Shown here: in pieces, positions 43,423-55,079 of the stretch
Numbering within the stretch: the stretch's first letter is position 1
How the letters are laid out: every line of letters starts with the position of its first letter
From: Eledone cirrhosa
Lineage: Eukaryota
Direction of reading: 5' to 3'
DNA length: 64,000 nucleotides
Assembly: GCA_964016885.1 (NCBI GenBank)
Contig: CAXHJY010000603.1
Coordinates: forward strand, 1-64,000
The notes under the pieces: model-generated
What the model saw: the letters and a program-made list of their open reading frames with translations, nothing else
What the model was told of the DNA's origin: nothing
Database searches by the model: none
Translations under genes and position numbers: made by a program

Positions 43423-45100
43423 GACCTCTTAACATCCGATTTAAAAATAATCTAAAGATGAAAACAATTTGATATTTAAAACTGTATTGTTACATTTCAC
43501 TGAAGACAGTCACCAACAATAGGATTAAATAACTCCACTGCTTTCTCTCCCCCACACCCATCATCATCATTATCATCATCATCATCATTATCATCATTTT
43601 ACATCTGCTTTCCCTGCTTGCAAGGGTTGGACAGGTCCTATTCAGCATACCATCTCTCCACCCGTCACGGTCCTGACCTCATTACTACTATCTGGTTTTT
43701 CCCACACCTAAACCCCACACACATACACACTCATACACACACACATATATATATTCTTTATAATATTACTAAATACCTTCAAAATAATAATAATAATAAT
43801 AATAATAGTTTCATTTATTGGCCACAAGGGCCAACATATAGGTGACAATACAAAAGACTGGGACAGTGGGGGTATACATACACAACGTGTAAACAATATA
43901 AATAACAATAAAAATGCACAAAGAAAATTCCTCAATGGAGGAAGGGGATGACCACCCAGGGTTAACTCAGGTACCCCACCAATCCTGAATGACCTGACGC
44001 TTCGAGAGCACCCGGGAAGGGCACCCCTCTCCTCCTCAACTTCACCCACCCACAGGAGCATGATCAGCGTAGGACCACTCACACGGGCCATTCTCGCCAC
44101 ATTCACCCACCTTTCAGGAAATGTACTGGGGGCAGCACTTCTCTCTCCACCCTCAGCTTCCTTTCCAAGTGAAACTTGAAAAAGTTGATGAGGGATTGGC
44201 CTAAGAGATAGTGTCTGTCTTCAGTCCTTGGAACCTGGTCCACCATACAACCTCTTTCGCTACTGCCACCAGACAGAGGAAAATTGCCTGCCCTTTCAGG
44301 TCAAAAGAAGGTGGCGGGTCGATCCTCACTATGGACTCGGCCGATAGGTGGTTCCATTCCACACGCAACAACAGCTGTTCGACATAACTCCACAAGTCAG
44401 TAATGCACGGACACTGGACGAGTGCGTGCAGAACAGTTTCGTCTCTCTGCACGCATCTCTGGCAGATCCGTCTAACAGCACTTCCGTGCCCGTAGAGTGC
44501 CCCCTGGTAACACTGCCAAGCAAGGGATTTCTGGAAGTTATCCATCATACCCGGCTCGAAAGTTTTCCGGAACAGATTGGTTAGTTCGACTTCGTCGACG
44601 CCCAGATTCTCTCCGAGTGCGTTGTTGCACTTGCCCACCACTAATCCTCTATAGAACTCGAGAGTGGAAGTTCCACTGACCGCATTCTGAGAAAGGAAAT
44701 TATTGAGTGCAGACATCATTGGAAGGATTGGTGAAAGTCAAGAGACTTGAATTAAATCTTGTCAAGTGTGTCTGAAAAATATGCTCCCTTTATTCTTCAT
44801 CTGTATTCTCAAAAAAAACCCTTGCAGGTTTTTGTTAACTTTTGACTTACATACACACACACACTCATGTATATCATCATCATCATCATCATCATCATCA
44901 ACGATTAACATCTATATACCACGCTATATGGGTTAGACGGCAAGTTGGGTCGGGTGACCAGGTCTCGTAGCAACAATTTATTCATTTGTACACCAACCAA
45001 AAATTACACAATGAATATTGTTTACCCTCAGCTGCTTCACTTGTAGTTCTAAACAATTTAATTTTATAATATTATTATTTTTTAATTTGGTTTTGTACAA
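43420..45100 (+). repeat. Segmental duplication copy 1, interrupted by an RTE-B tail (43561-43675) and a Tx1/L1 fragment
   Basis: GTGACCTCTTAACATCCGATTTAAAAATAATC... is collinear with 49633-50390 once the two inserts are removed. Confidence 0.85.
43805..44686 (-). mobile_element. L1/Tx1-clade LINE 3' fragment
   Basis: zf-RVT-like QKSLAWQCYQGAL...ICQRC...ETVLHALVQCP...LW, ...AKEVVWWTR; tail merges into (TAA)n. Confidence 0.82.
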
Positions 45101-45194
45101 AACTAAATTGTAAAATTATAATATTATAAAATTAAATAAAATTGTTTAGAACTACAAGTGAAGTCATTCTTTTCCTTTTTTAAAATATATATAT

Positions 45195-45362
45195 ATAACA
45201 AAGAAAGTATGGTAAGAAACCAGGTGGACCATAATGCACCAGAGTACTCGATATTTAGGGTAGTAGAGTGGGTAAAAGGAGAAGAGTCAGGACACCAACG
45301 GCTGAGCTGCGGTCGTTGCGACAGCTAGAGCCAAACTCCGTTCGGATCTAGCTGTCGAAACA
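45195..45362 (-). mobile_element. Half-hammerhead fold-back element (copy 6 of 6)
   Basis: Shared tail plus variant hairpin CGACAGCTAGA...TCTAGCTGTCG-AAAC. Confidence 0.7.
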
Positions 45363-45644
45363 GGATTAACAACATGTAATTTTTATTTCCATTTGGATAA
45401 AACCAATATAACCTTTTATCTAAAACAATCTACTATAATCAACTATGTTGGTTGCTCATGAGTTGGAAGCAGCAACAATTTATTCATTTGCACACCAACC
45501 AAAAATTACACAAGGAATATTGTTTATCCTGAGCTGCTTCAAGTTTCTAAATTCTATTATCATTACAATTTTGATATTTTTTTCATAAAATAGAGATATT
45601 TTAGAATAATTGTGAGAAAAAAAATTATAGGTACATATATTTTG

Positions 45645-47280
45645 TACCAGGAAGAGGCACCACTGATGCCCTCTTCCTTGTGAGGCAATTACGGGAAAAG
45701 TACCTAGCTAAAAGTAAGCCACTCTACTTGGCATTTGTCGACCTTGAGAAAGCCTTTGACAGAGTTCCACGTGTTGTAATCTGGTGGGCTCTTAGAAAAC
45801 TAGGAGTAGATGAATGGCTTGTGAAAGCGGTACAAGCCATGTATAGGGGAGCAGTCAGAAAAGTTAGGATTAGCAATGAGTATAGCGAGGAATTTAGCGT
45901 ACAGGTTGGGGTCCACCAGGGCTCTGTTCTTAGCCCTCTCCTGTTCATCATATTCCTGCAGGCAATAACGGAGGAGTTTAAGACCGGATGCCCATGGGAA
46001 CTCCTGTATGCTGATGACCTCGCACTCATAGCTGAATCTATGGTAGAACTAGAGAATAAATTCCAAACCTGGAAGCAGGGACTAGAAAGAAAGGGTCTCA
46101 AAGTCAACATAACAAAGACTAAGGTCCTTGTAAGTAGACGAGAAAACAGAACCCAGATCCCCTCAGGGAAATGGCCTTGCTCAGTATGTAGGAAGGGTGT
46201 AGGTAGGAACTCCATTCTCTGCCCCAAATGCAAACAATGGGTACACAAGAGATGTAGCGGGATCTCAGGAAGCTTAATTAAGAATGTAGGATTCACATGC
46301 AGCAGCTGTGCTGAAACAGCAAGCAGCAAACAGCCACAGCAAACAAGTACCACCAATCTCTGGGAGGGCCCTGTAGAAACAGTAGACAGCTTCTGCTACC
46401 TAGGTGACCGAATTAGCAACGGAGGTGGGTGTTCAGAAAGTACAATAACTAGGGTAAGAACGGGATGGAAGAAGTTTAGGGAACTACTACCACTGCTAGC
46501 TGCAAAAGGCTTCTCCCTCAGAATGAAAGGCAGACTGTATGATGCGTGTATCCGAACAGCGATGTTGCATGGTAGTGAGACCTGGGCGCTGAAGGTGGAA
46601 GACTTATGTAGATTAGAGAGAAACGAAGCCTGCATGCTCTGATGGATGTGTAACAGTAATATACGTGAACGACAAAGCATAAATGAATTGAGAGAGAGAC
46701 TGAGCATAAGAGGAATCAAATGCTGTGTGCAGGAGAGGCGGTTGCGCTGGTATGGACATGTGATGCGTATGAAGGATGACAGCTGCATAAAAAGGTGCAG
46801 AGCACTAGAAGTTGATGAAAACCGCGGAGTGGGGAGACTCAAGATGACCTGGGATGAGGTGATAAAAGCCGACCTTACCCATTTACACCTCTCAAAGACA
46901 ATGACACACGACCGTGACTTCTGGCGTCAAGCAGTAATACAGAGTACCCGAACTCCCATGGGTACATGCTGAAGCATATAAACAATATGCCCCCACACGC
47001 CCCCACTGCAAGGTGGTCGTGGAGGTGCCACGGCAAAAAAGCACCCAGCCCACACTGTAAAGTGGACGTGTAGGCGCCACGAAAAAGCACCCAGCACTCA
47101 CTGTAAATGAGGTTGGTGTTAGGAAGGGCATCCAGCTGTAGAAATCAAGCCAGATCAGTTCCTGTATGAGCAAGGCATGGTCAGCCGACCAGACACTGCA
47201 CACAACAGGACAACCCGTCTAACCCATGCTAGCGTGGAAGAACTGACGTAAAACGGTGATGATGATGATGTGATGATGAT
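45645..47280 (+). mobile_element. 5'-truncated RTE-A copy, nearly identical to 19870-21495 in inverted orientation
   Basis: ORF 45680-46642 continues past a CGA->TGA stop into 46646-46972; same 3' UTR. Confidence 0.95.
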
Positions 47281-47299
47281 ATATTGTTTACTAATCTGA

Positions 47300-47344
47300 A
47301 TAAGAACAGCAATAACCCAGGCAACGCCAGGTGATTCAGCTATT
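47300..47344 (+). mobile_element. Possible Helitron 3'-terminal remnant
   Basis: AACCCAGGCAACGCCAGGTGATTCAGCTAT resembles the CCGGGCAACGCCGGG...CTAG Helitron end. Confidence 0.35.
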
Positions 47345-47711
47345 GATTCTATATAATAAGATATATGTATATATATATTTGTACATATATAAGTAAATAT
47401 ATATATATATATATATTTGTATGTATATATGATTATATTAATATATTTTTCTATAGAAAAATATATATTTTCTGTTAAATTGAATAACAGACTGATGGGA
47501 TTTGAACTCAGAATGTAAAGGGTTGTAACTCTATGCCACCAAGCATGTTGTGTGATGGTCTACCAATTACTTCTAGATCCAATAATAATGTGTCTATCTC
47601 CTTATCTATCTATCCCTCCCCTCTATCTCCATATATATATATAAACACATATATATATGTGTATATATACATATTACACACATTCATGTATGTATGCTTA
47701 CACACACACAC

Positions 47712-47758
<47 letters not shown>

Positions 47759-47759
47759 A

Positions 47760-49190
47760 TGAAGCAAGGAGACAAGAGTACTTTGCGAGAAGGGAAGCAG
47801 AGGAAAGAAAGTTCAAGCATGTTCTAATGTAACGAATATAGTGAAGAATCTGGCGTAAAAGTTGGTGTTCATGAAGGCTCTGACCCCCCCTCCTATTTAT
47901 TATTGCCCTTCAGGCTATAACAGACGAGTTTAAGACTGGCTGCTCATGTAAACTTCTATACGCAGATGATGTAACTCTCATAGCTGAATCGATGGCTCAA
48001 CTAGAGAAGAAATTCCCAACTTGGAAGCATGGCCTAGAATCAAAAGGCCTTAAAGTTAACTTGTCTAAGACTAAAGTTCGAGTATGTAGAAAGGATAATA
48101 AGGCCCAGGTACCCTCAGGGAAATGGCCATGCTCAGGTGCAATAAGTAGCAAGTGCCCACAGGATACTAGCTCCTTCAATTGCTCAGATGGTTCTATAGA
48201 AATAGTGGACACCTTCCGTTACCTGGAGGACGAAATCAGCAGTGGTGGAGGGTGCTCTGAAAGTACAGTAGCCAGAGTCAGAACGGGATGGAAAAAGTTC
48301 AGAGAGCTTATACCACTATTGGCCGCTGATAGTTTCTCTGTAAAAATGAAAGGCAAATTGTATGATGCCTGCATACGAACAGAAATGTTACATGGCAGTG
48401 AGACATAGGCATTGTGTGCAGAGGATCTGCGCAGACTGGAGAGGAACGAAGCATGCATGCTCCGTTGGATGTGCAATAGTAATATACGCGAACGGCAAAG
48501 CATAAATCAACTAAGTGAGAAATTAAGAATAAGAGGGATCAGATGCTGTTTACTTGAAAGAAAACTAGGTTGGTATGGTCACGTGATGCGCATGAAAGAC
48601 GACAGCTGCATAAAAAGTGCAGGGGTGATAAAACTTGATGGAAGTTACGGAGTAGGTAGACCCAGAAAAACCTGGGACGATTTGATAAATTCCGACCTCA
48701 TACATACACCTCTCTAAGGCAATGTCACTGGACCAAGATCTTTGACGCTACGCAGTAATACAGAAGACCTGCCTTGCCTATGTACAAAGCGAAACCTACA
48801 GTCAGTAGACACCTCTTGACCAAATATATACCCCATCCCACTACAAACTACTCCATCTTTCAACCCCACCAACACCACGCTCTCTCTGTAAAGTTATGTT
48901 GGTAGCACAACATCCAGTCCAAAATAAATGAGGTCGTGAGGGTGTCACAACAAAATAAAACATACAGTCGACGCTGTAATGTGGCTGTGTAGGTAACACG
49001 GTAAAAACCTCCCAGTCCACACTGTAAACGTGGTTGGTATTAGGAAGTGCATCCAGCCATAGAAAACCTGCCAGACAGTCCTATATGAGCGAGACATGGT
49101 CACCCGACCAATCTTGTCTCAAGTGGGACAATTCCCATCTAAACCCATGCTAGCGTGGAAGATAGATGTTAAACGTTGATGATGATGATT
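47760..49190 (+). mobile_element. Internally deleted, decayed RTE-C copy with 3' UTR
   Basis: ARREAEERKFKHV is fused to a decayed GVH.GS/LLYADD region; the PHD region is deleted; (GAT)n tail. Confidence 0.9.
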
Positions 49191-49277
49191 ATACACAGGT
49201 ATGTATACTTATGTGTTATATATATATTCACATTCAGGTATGTATACTTATATATATATATATATATACAATGATAT

Positions 49278-50830
49278 TAAATAAATGGAAACTATATTTA
49301 TAAATCCATATTTATTCTATTATATATATTTGAAGGGTACCAAAGGTGGTAGTAGTGGTGGTGGGGTTAGTGCTGGTAGTGGTGGTAGTGGTAGTTGTGG
49401 TATGGTAGTGGTTGTGGTAGTGGTAGTTGTGGTATGGTAGTGGTGGTGGTAGTAATGGTGGTGGTATTGGTAGTGGTGGTGGTAGTTGTGGTATGGTAGT
49501 GGTGGTGGTATCGGTGTTGGTAGTGGTAGTGGTTGTTGTGGTGGTGGTAGTGGTGTTAATGGTGTTGGTGGTGGTAGTAATGGTAGTAGTGGTGGTGGTA
49601 GTGGTGGTGGTGCTTGTGTGTGTGCACCTGTGTGTGACCTCTTAACATCCGATTTAAAAATAATCTAAAGATGAAAACAACTTGATATTTAAAACTGTAT
49701 TGTTACATTTCACTGAACACAGTCACCAACAATAGTATTAAATAACTCCACTGCTTTCTCTCCACCACACCCATATACAACCTCATTACTACTATCTAGT
49801 TTTTCCCACACCTAAACCCCACACACATACACACTCATACACACACACACATATATATTCTCTTTATAACATTACTAAATACCTTCAAAATAATAATAAT
49901 AATAAATTAAAGAAAAGACTTCTGAGAAAGGAAATTATTGAGGGCAGACATCATTGGAAGAATTGGTGAAAGTCAAGAGACTTGAATGAAATCTTCTCAA
50001 GTGAGTCTGAAAAATATGCTCCCTTTATTCTTCATCTGTAATCTCAAAAAAACCCTTGCAGGTTTCTGTTAACTTTTGACTTACATACACACACACACTC
50101 ATGTATATCATCATCATCATCATCATCATCATCATCGATTAACGTCTATATTCCACACTAACATGGGTTAGACAGGTTTGTCCCATTGAGGGGCAAGTTA
50201 GGTCGGGTGACCGGGTCTCGCAGCAACAATTTATTCATTTGTACACCAACCAAAAATTACACAATGAATATTGTTTACCCTCAGCTGCTTCACTTGTAGT
50301 TCTAAACAATTTAATTTTATAATATTATAATTTTTTTAATTTGGTTTTGTAGGTCTAGATCTACAAAACTAATTGTAAAATTATAATAATATAAATACAC
50401 ACACACACACACATACTATTTACCTTGTGCAACAGACTCTTAATGAGGACTTGATCTGAATGGATTTGACCAGCTTTTAACATGACATGTGCATTCTTCA
50501 GCATCTGGTGGATGTGGTATTTCAGGATGACGGTGTTGTGATCATGATCTGGGCACTGGTTTATGAAGGAACGGTAGACACAGACATATATTGAGCAACA
50601 AAGGGCTATATTATATGCACAAGATGTGGAGGTGGGCGGTGATTAATTCTTTTACCGATTCTTATATATATATATATATAAATATAGTATAACTGAACAA
50701 AAAAGCAAAATGAACATATACATATATACATATATGTGTTCAAATCCCAATGGACCAGAATCGCTAAGGTGAAAAAAATACTAACTACAGACAATAGGGT
50801 TGACTACCGATCACCCAGACGGTTTTGATA
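49278..50830 (+). repeat. Left arm of an inverted segmental duplication (copy 2), including the (GGT/AGT)n tract 49345-49612
   Basis: Reverse complement of 55865-57645 plus 54060-54255. Confidence 0.88.
50424..50555 (-). CDS. Candidate 132-nt phase 0-0 exon, product unknown
   Basis: ttccttcataaaccag|TGCCCA...CACAAG|gtaaat. Open only in phase 0: CPDHDHNTVILKYHIHQMLKNAHVMLKAGQIHSDQVLIKSLLHK. Confidence 0.6.
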
Positions 50831-50892
50831 GAACAGTTTCGCAATATTATTTGTGAAGAGGAATACCAAAGTCCTAGCTCATCAGTGAGTGA
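50811..50892 (-). ncRNA. Type-I hammerhead ribozyme motif with intact core, in a PLE-type terminal repeat (50690-50892)
   Basis: TCACTCA-CTGATGA-GC...GC-GAAAC-tgttctatcaaaacc-GTC-TGGGTGA: 7-bp stem I (one G.U) and GUC site. The 3' half recurs at 54060-54255, fused to a Penelope RT fragment. Confidence 0.78.
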
Positions 50893-50991
50893 AGAAATTA
50901 TTATCCTGATCACTTCTAAATATAATTAAAAAAACTGGATAGTGTGTGTATATGTAACGCACATGGTTCCAGAACTTAGCGTGTCTCGCAG

Positions 50992-51218
50992 ACTCACGCC
51001 ACTAAAAATAGTAGCCGAGTCTACTCAACATTTGAATTAGCTCGATGAATTAACGGATCCACGGCTCGGAAAACCTTTTTCCTGGAGCTAATTTACTGTA
51101 ATGAGACTATTTTGAGTTTCTAACTCAATACATGCCTTTGATATATATGGCTCCGTTAATTTGTCGAGCTAATTCAAATGTCGATTAGACCCGGCTGCTA
51201 TTTTTAGTGGCGTGAGTA
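50992..51218. repeat. ~65-bp imperfect inverted repeats around a short spacer (MITE or fold-back)
   Basis: ACTCACGCCACTAAAAATAG... pairs with ...CTATTTTTAGTGGCGTGAGT. Confidence 0.7.
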
Positions 51219-51559
51219 TAGAAAAGTCACATACATGTATGTAAACAGCTGAAGATATATATATATATTACCTTTCGCTCATGAAATCCACCCAGATTAT
51301 GCTGACCAGGACTACCATGTTGATTGTTTATTTCCTATCTTTGGTTTGCTTTTATCCTTCTATGTTGTTCACTTGTCCCCCTTGCTTTACGCGATTTACT
51401 GGTCCCAATAACTTTTTTTAGTTATTGCTCTACACCAACCTGTGGTATTTGATTTTTAATGCGATGAAATACCAATGATGGTTGGAAAATCACTGACGAA
51501 GGACTATTTTTATCATATGTAACCTATGTGCAACCACGCAGTATTCTTCTTTCTTCACA

Positions 51560-51662
<103 letters not shown>

Positions 51663-52604
51663 TCATAGGGATATATGTATATATTTAAACATAGTCACAG
51701 ATACATATATGAGTGTGGCTACCTTTCACGGTGTGGCTCAATGAAACATTTAATTAAGCAAATAATTATTAATCAGAGCTATATATAAAATTGCAAGTTT
51801 GAAGAACTATTAGATAAAATTTACCCAGTCTTTCTTCACCCTAGTCCGTAGAAATCAACCAGATAAATAATCATTTAAACGGAACTATAAGATTGAAATG
51901 TAACCTCGAAGAAATAATAGATAAATAATACAGACTATTTTCCGCGAGGAACAGTCAGATAAAATTTCTCTAGTCTTTCCTCTTAGGCCGTAGAAATTAA
52001 CTAGACAAATAATCAATTAAACGGAGCTAGGTCTAAAATATAAGTTAGAAGAAAAAATGCATATAAACTTCACCAAAATTCCTCTAGTCCCGACTATTGA
52101 TAGTTTCACTCATAAATTAATGGTGTCATGTCTGAGAGACTTAATTTTGGATATATATACAGCCCCTTAATTGTAGAGCCAACTCAGTTGAAAGGACTCG
52201 GCTGCTATTTCTAGCTGTCGATAATCCTAATTACGCCACTGCGATGACGCTGGTACGATGTGTGTATTTTTAAAAAATGCAACACGTGCTACGAGTCATT
52301 CACAGATTTGAATTTTCTGTGTAAACACAGATAGTTAAATTTTCTCCCTTGTTGAAAATCCGGGATTTGCCGATTGATGATGAAATATATTTCTTTAATG
52401 AAACATATATAAAGGAGATTAATCATTTTAAAAGGTATCTATTTTTGAAGTTCTAGTTAAACTTTAATTACTTACCTACCTGCTTACACACTTTACAAAC
52501 TATTCCCTGTGATTGTTTCATGTGTTTATTTTAGATATATATGTATTTCAATCAATTTCTAGTTGATATAAAATGCTCGGATCTATTCATTGGAATCTTT
52601 GAGC

Positions 52605-52689
52605 TTATTCTGCAGTGAATATGGCGCATGTCTCTCAGACATGACAACCTTAATTTAATTTTGGATATATATATATATATATGCGTGTG

Positions 52690-52748
<59 letters not shown>

Positions 52749-52835
52749 GACTAGAACTGTTTCATTCTTTAGAAATCATCAGGGATTCCTGATGATTTCT
52801 AAAGAATGAAACAGTTCTAGTCCTGTAGAATCTCA

Positions 52836-52873
<38 letters not shown>

Positions 52874-52952
52874 CACACACGCATATATATATCCAAAATT
52901 AAATTAAGGTTGTCATGTCTGAGAGACATGCGCCATATTCACTGCAGAATAA
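52605..52952. repeat. ~350-bp near-perfect palindrome centred on a hammerhead motif
   Basis: TTATTCTGCAGTGAATATGGCGCATGTCTCTCAGACATG... is mirrored at 52860-52952; the core 52744-52827 is also mirrored. Confidence 0.9.
52784..52832 (+). ncRNA. Minimal type-I hammerhead ribozyme motif
   Basis: GATTC-CTGATGA-tTTCtaaaGAAt-GAAA-CAGttctagtcCTG-TA-GAATC; quasi-palindromic stem III, GUA site. A mirrored copy lies on the minus strand. Confidence 0.72.
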
Positions 52953-52979
52953 ATAAATATATATATATATATATATTGT

Positions 52980-53730
52980 TATACTTTGGGAGGGTCATGT
53001 TGCCAATAAGAAACACACGCACCAGTTGCTTTCACTTCAATTTATTATAATAAATTTATAAATTTCCGGTTGGTTGGTTGGTTCCACAACCAGATGGTTG
53101 TTTATATATTGTCAAAGTTCTTTCGTCACACATTCTGTGACCTCTTCAGTGACTGGACATTCTTTTGTTTGTTTTTATGCCTCTCCTTTGTTCTGTCTTA
53201 CGCCATCTTGTTTCTGTGTGTGTGTTGTGTGCTCAGTCTGCGCATGCGCCACATCTAGGTGTCTGTGTGTGTTTATATTCGTTTATTTATTTGTTTATTT
53301 ACATGTTACAGGTTGGTTGTTTGTTCTATGTGCGTGTGTGTTTTCATTTTGTCCTTAATTGTAAGTTGTGATGTTGCTGTTCCACTCATGTTTTCTATTT
53401 AATTTTGGTTGTAATTCTTTTATGTTTATTGCCTCTGATTTGTCTAAACATTGCGTCTTTTCTGTGTGTAGATTCTATTTTTATTTCTATGTTCTCTAAT
53501 TTACCCTTATGTTCTATTTTAGCATGTGGGTAGAGTACAGATGATTCTTTACTATCTTGAAGGTCTCGCCAGTGTTCATTTATCCGTTCCCCTACACTAC
53601 GAGCTGTCTCACCTATGTACACTGTATTTTTGTCTCTACATTGTCCTTCAGTACATCTTATGCTATATACTACATTTCTAGTTTTACAGTTAATATGGGG
53701 GCTTAATTTACAGGTTATACATTTCTTATC
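52980..53730 (-). mobile_element. Penelope-like element 3' fragment: Cys-rich linker, GIY-YIG endonuclease and 3' UTR
   Basis: KCITCKLSPHINCKTRNVVYSIRCTEGQC...VYIGETARSVGERINEH...H (ORF 53395-53622 extended upstream); hammerhead motif in the UTR. Confidence 0.85.
53111..53153 (-). ncRNA. Minimal type-I hammerhead ribozyme motif in the PLE 3' region
   Basis: GTCA-CTGAAGA-g-GTCACA-gaatg-TGTGAC-GAAA-GAAC-TT-TGAC. Confidence 0.7.
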
Positions 53731-53732
53731 TT

Positions 53733-53825
53733 AACTTTCCCTTTCATCCTTACGGGGTCGATAAAATAAAGTATCAGTAATGCACTGGGGTAATTGCTGG
53801 CCTTGTGCCAAAAGTAGAAACTATT
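53733..53825 (+). mobile_element. Meta-SINE 3' fragment
   Basis: CTTTCCCTTTCATCCTTACGGGGTCGATAAAATAAAGTATCAG...GGCCTTGTGCCAAAAGTAGAAAC. Confidence 0.75.
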
Positions 53826-54060
53826 AATTAAATTTAGCAACCACCTTTGGACTAGAGCAGATAGGGTTAACAATTTCGATATCACTATGGGGTCATCGGA
53901 CTCGTCGCAATTAACGGATCTTGTGGGGCTTTTTATTAACAATACTTTACATAGGAAAATACCAGAGATGACCGGTGGTTTATATCGTGACGAATTGCTA
54001 TTACTTATTGAAAATAATAATAATTGTGAAATAAATAGGAAAAGAAAAGAAATTATACAA
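53826..54060 (+). mobile_element. Penelope-like RT fragment
   Basis: FDITMGSSDSSQLTDLVGLFI...GGLYRDE, homologous to FDITMGSSDSAQITDLVGLFL...GGLYRDD in 61386-63317. Confidence 0.85.
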
Positions 54061-54256
54061 TCAAAACCGTCTGGGTGATCGGTAGTTACCACAATACCGG
54101 TTTGTATTTATTTTTATTTATTTATTCTTAAATTGAGCCTAGCAAACCCTATTGTCTGTAGTTAGTATTTTTTCACCTTAGCGATTCTGGTCCATTACAA
54201 TTCGAACACATATATGTATATATGTATATGTTCATTTTGCTTTTTTATTCAGTTTT

Positions 54257-54315
<59 letters not shown>

Positions 54316-54318
<3 letters not shown>

Positions 54319-54668
54319 GATAAATCTACCAAGAGTTTACGGTAGTGTCCAATCCGTATGAAGAACTCAATGTATTCCGGATATCATGGAAAGAAGATAT
54401 GTAATGAAAAATCACTTTCGGTGAAAGATAAACGGTATACAGAGTCAAGATAAAACATTATTTCTGAAGACGGCGTATATATGTGTTGGTATGTATATTT
54501 AATCTTGATAGTTTGTATAATTTTGTATAATTTTGTACATAGATCTGTTGAATATGCATGCCAATTCTAACACATATATATCCTAGAAACGATCGTTAAA
54601 TAATGAACTTTTTTTGTTTAATATAAGGAACTGTTTTCATTGTTTATTCATTATTTGTTTAATATTTT
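54316..54668. mobile_element. Internally inverted solo copy of the PLE terminal repeat at 57876-58216
   Basis: 54316-54455 is a direct copy of 57876-58015; 54456-54660 is the inverse of 58020-58216; (TA)n on both sides. Confidence 0.85.
54456..54605 (+). ncRNA. Type-I hammerhead motif with a ~115-nt extended stem II and minimal palindromic stem III
   Basis: CATTATTT-CTGAAGA-[TATATATGTGTT/AACACATATATA; GGTATGTATATTT/GAATATGCATGCC]-GAAAC-GATC-GTT-AAATAATG; perfect 8-bp stem I. Confidence 0.8.
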
Positions 54669-54769
54669 ATATATATATATATATATAATTAAGTTAAAAG
54701 TGTACATCCACATATACAAAAGTGAGTTACAAACGAAACGAAATTTAATTTCGTTTCGTTATTTGTTTT

Positions 54770-54808
<39 letters not shown>

Positions 54809-54829
54809 TCTAATTCGAATGGAAGGAGA

Positions 54830-55050
54830 TGGGATGTGTATTGGTGTAATGGTAGCACAGTGGTCCGGATAACCAAAGATGTGGGTTCGACTCCCATGTA
54901 CGGCAACACTCAATTTTTCCATTTCTCCGAGGGTTATAAACCCCACTATCAGGCTAGAAATTTCTTTAGTCTAAAATACGGTGAAAGCTTATAATTTCTA
55001 ATTTCTAATTTTCAAACTCGTGCACCGTTTCAAAAACATACTTACATGTT
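54830..55050 (+). mobile_element. tRNA-headed SINE-like element (third family)
   Basis: A-box TGGTGTAATGGTAGCAC and B-box GGGTTCGACTCCC; no proper acceptor stem. The body recurs, with a fold-back, at 34667-34810. Confidence 0.6.
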
Positions 55051-55079
55051 TACATTTATAATTTGCTTGTATATATATA

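Noticed and set aside
42404-43455. (HT)n and (CV)n ORFs
   Set aside because: Translations of the (GT)n array.
54832-54907. Functional tRNA gene
   Set aside because: A/B boxes are present but the acceptor and anticodon stems do not pair properly; it is attached to a repeated body.
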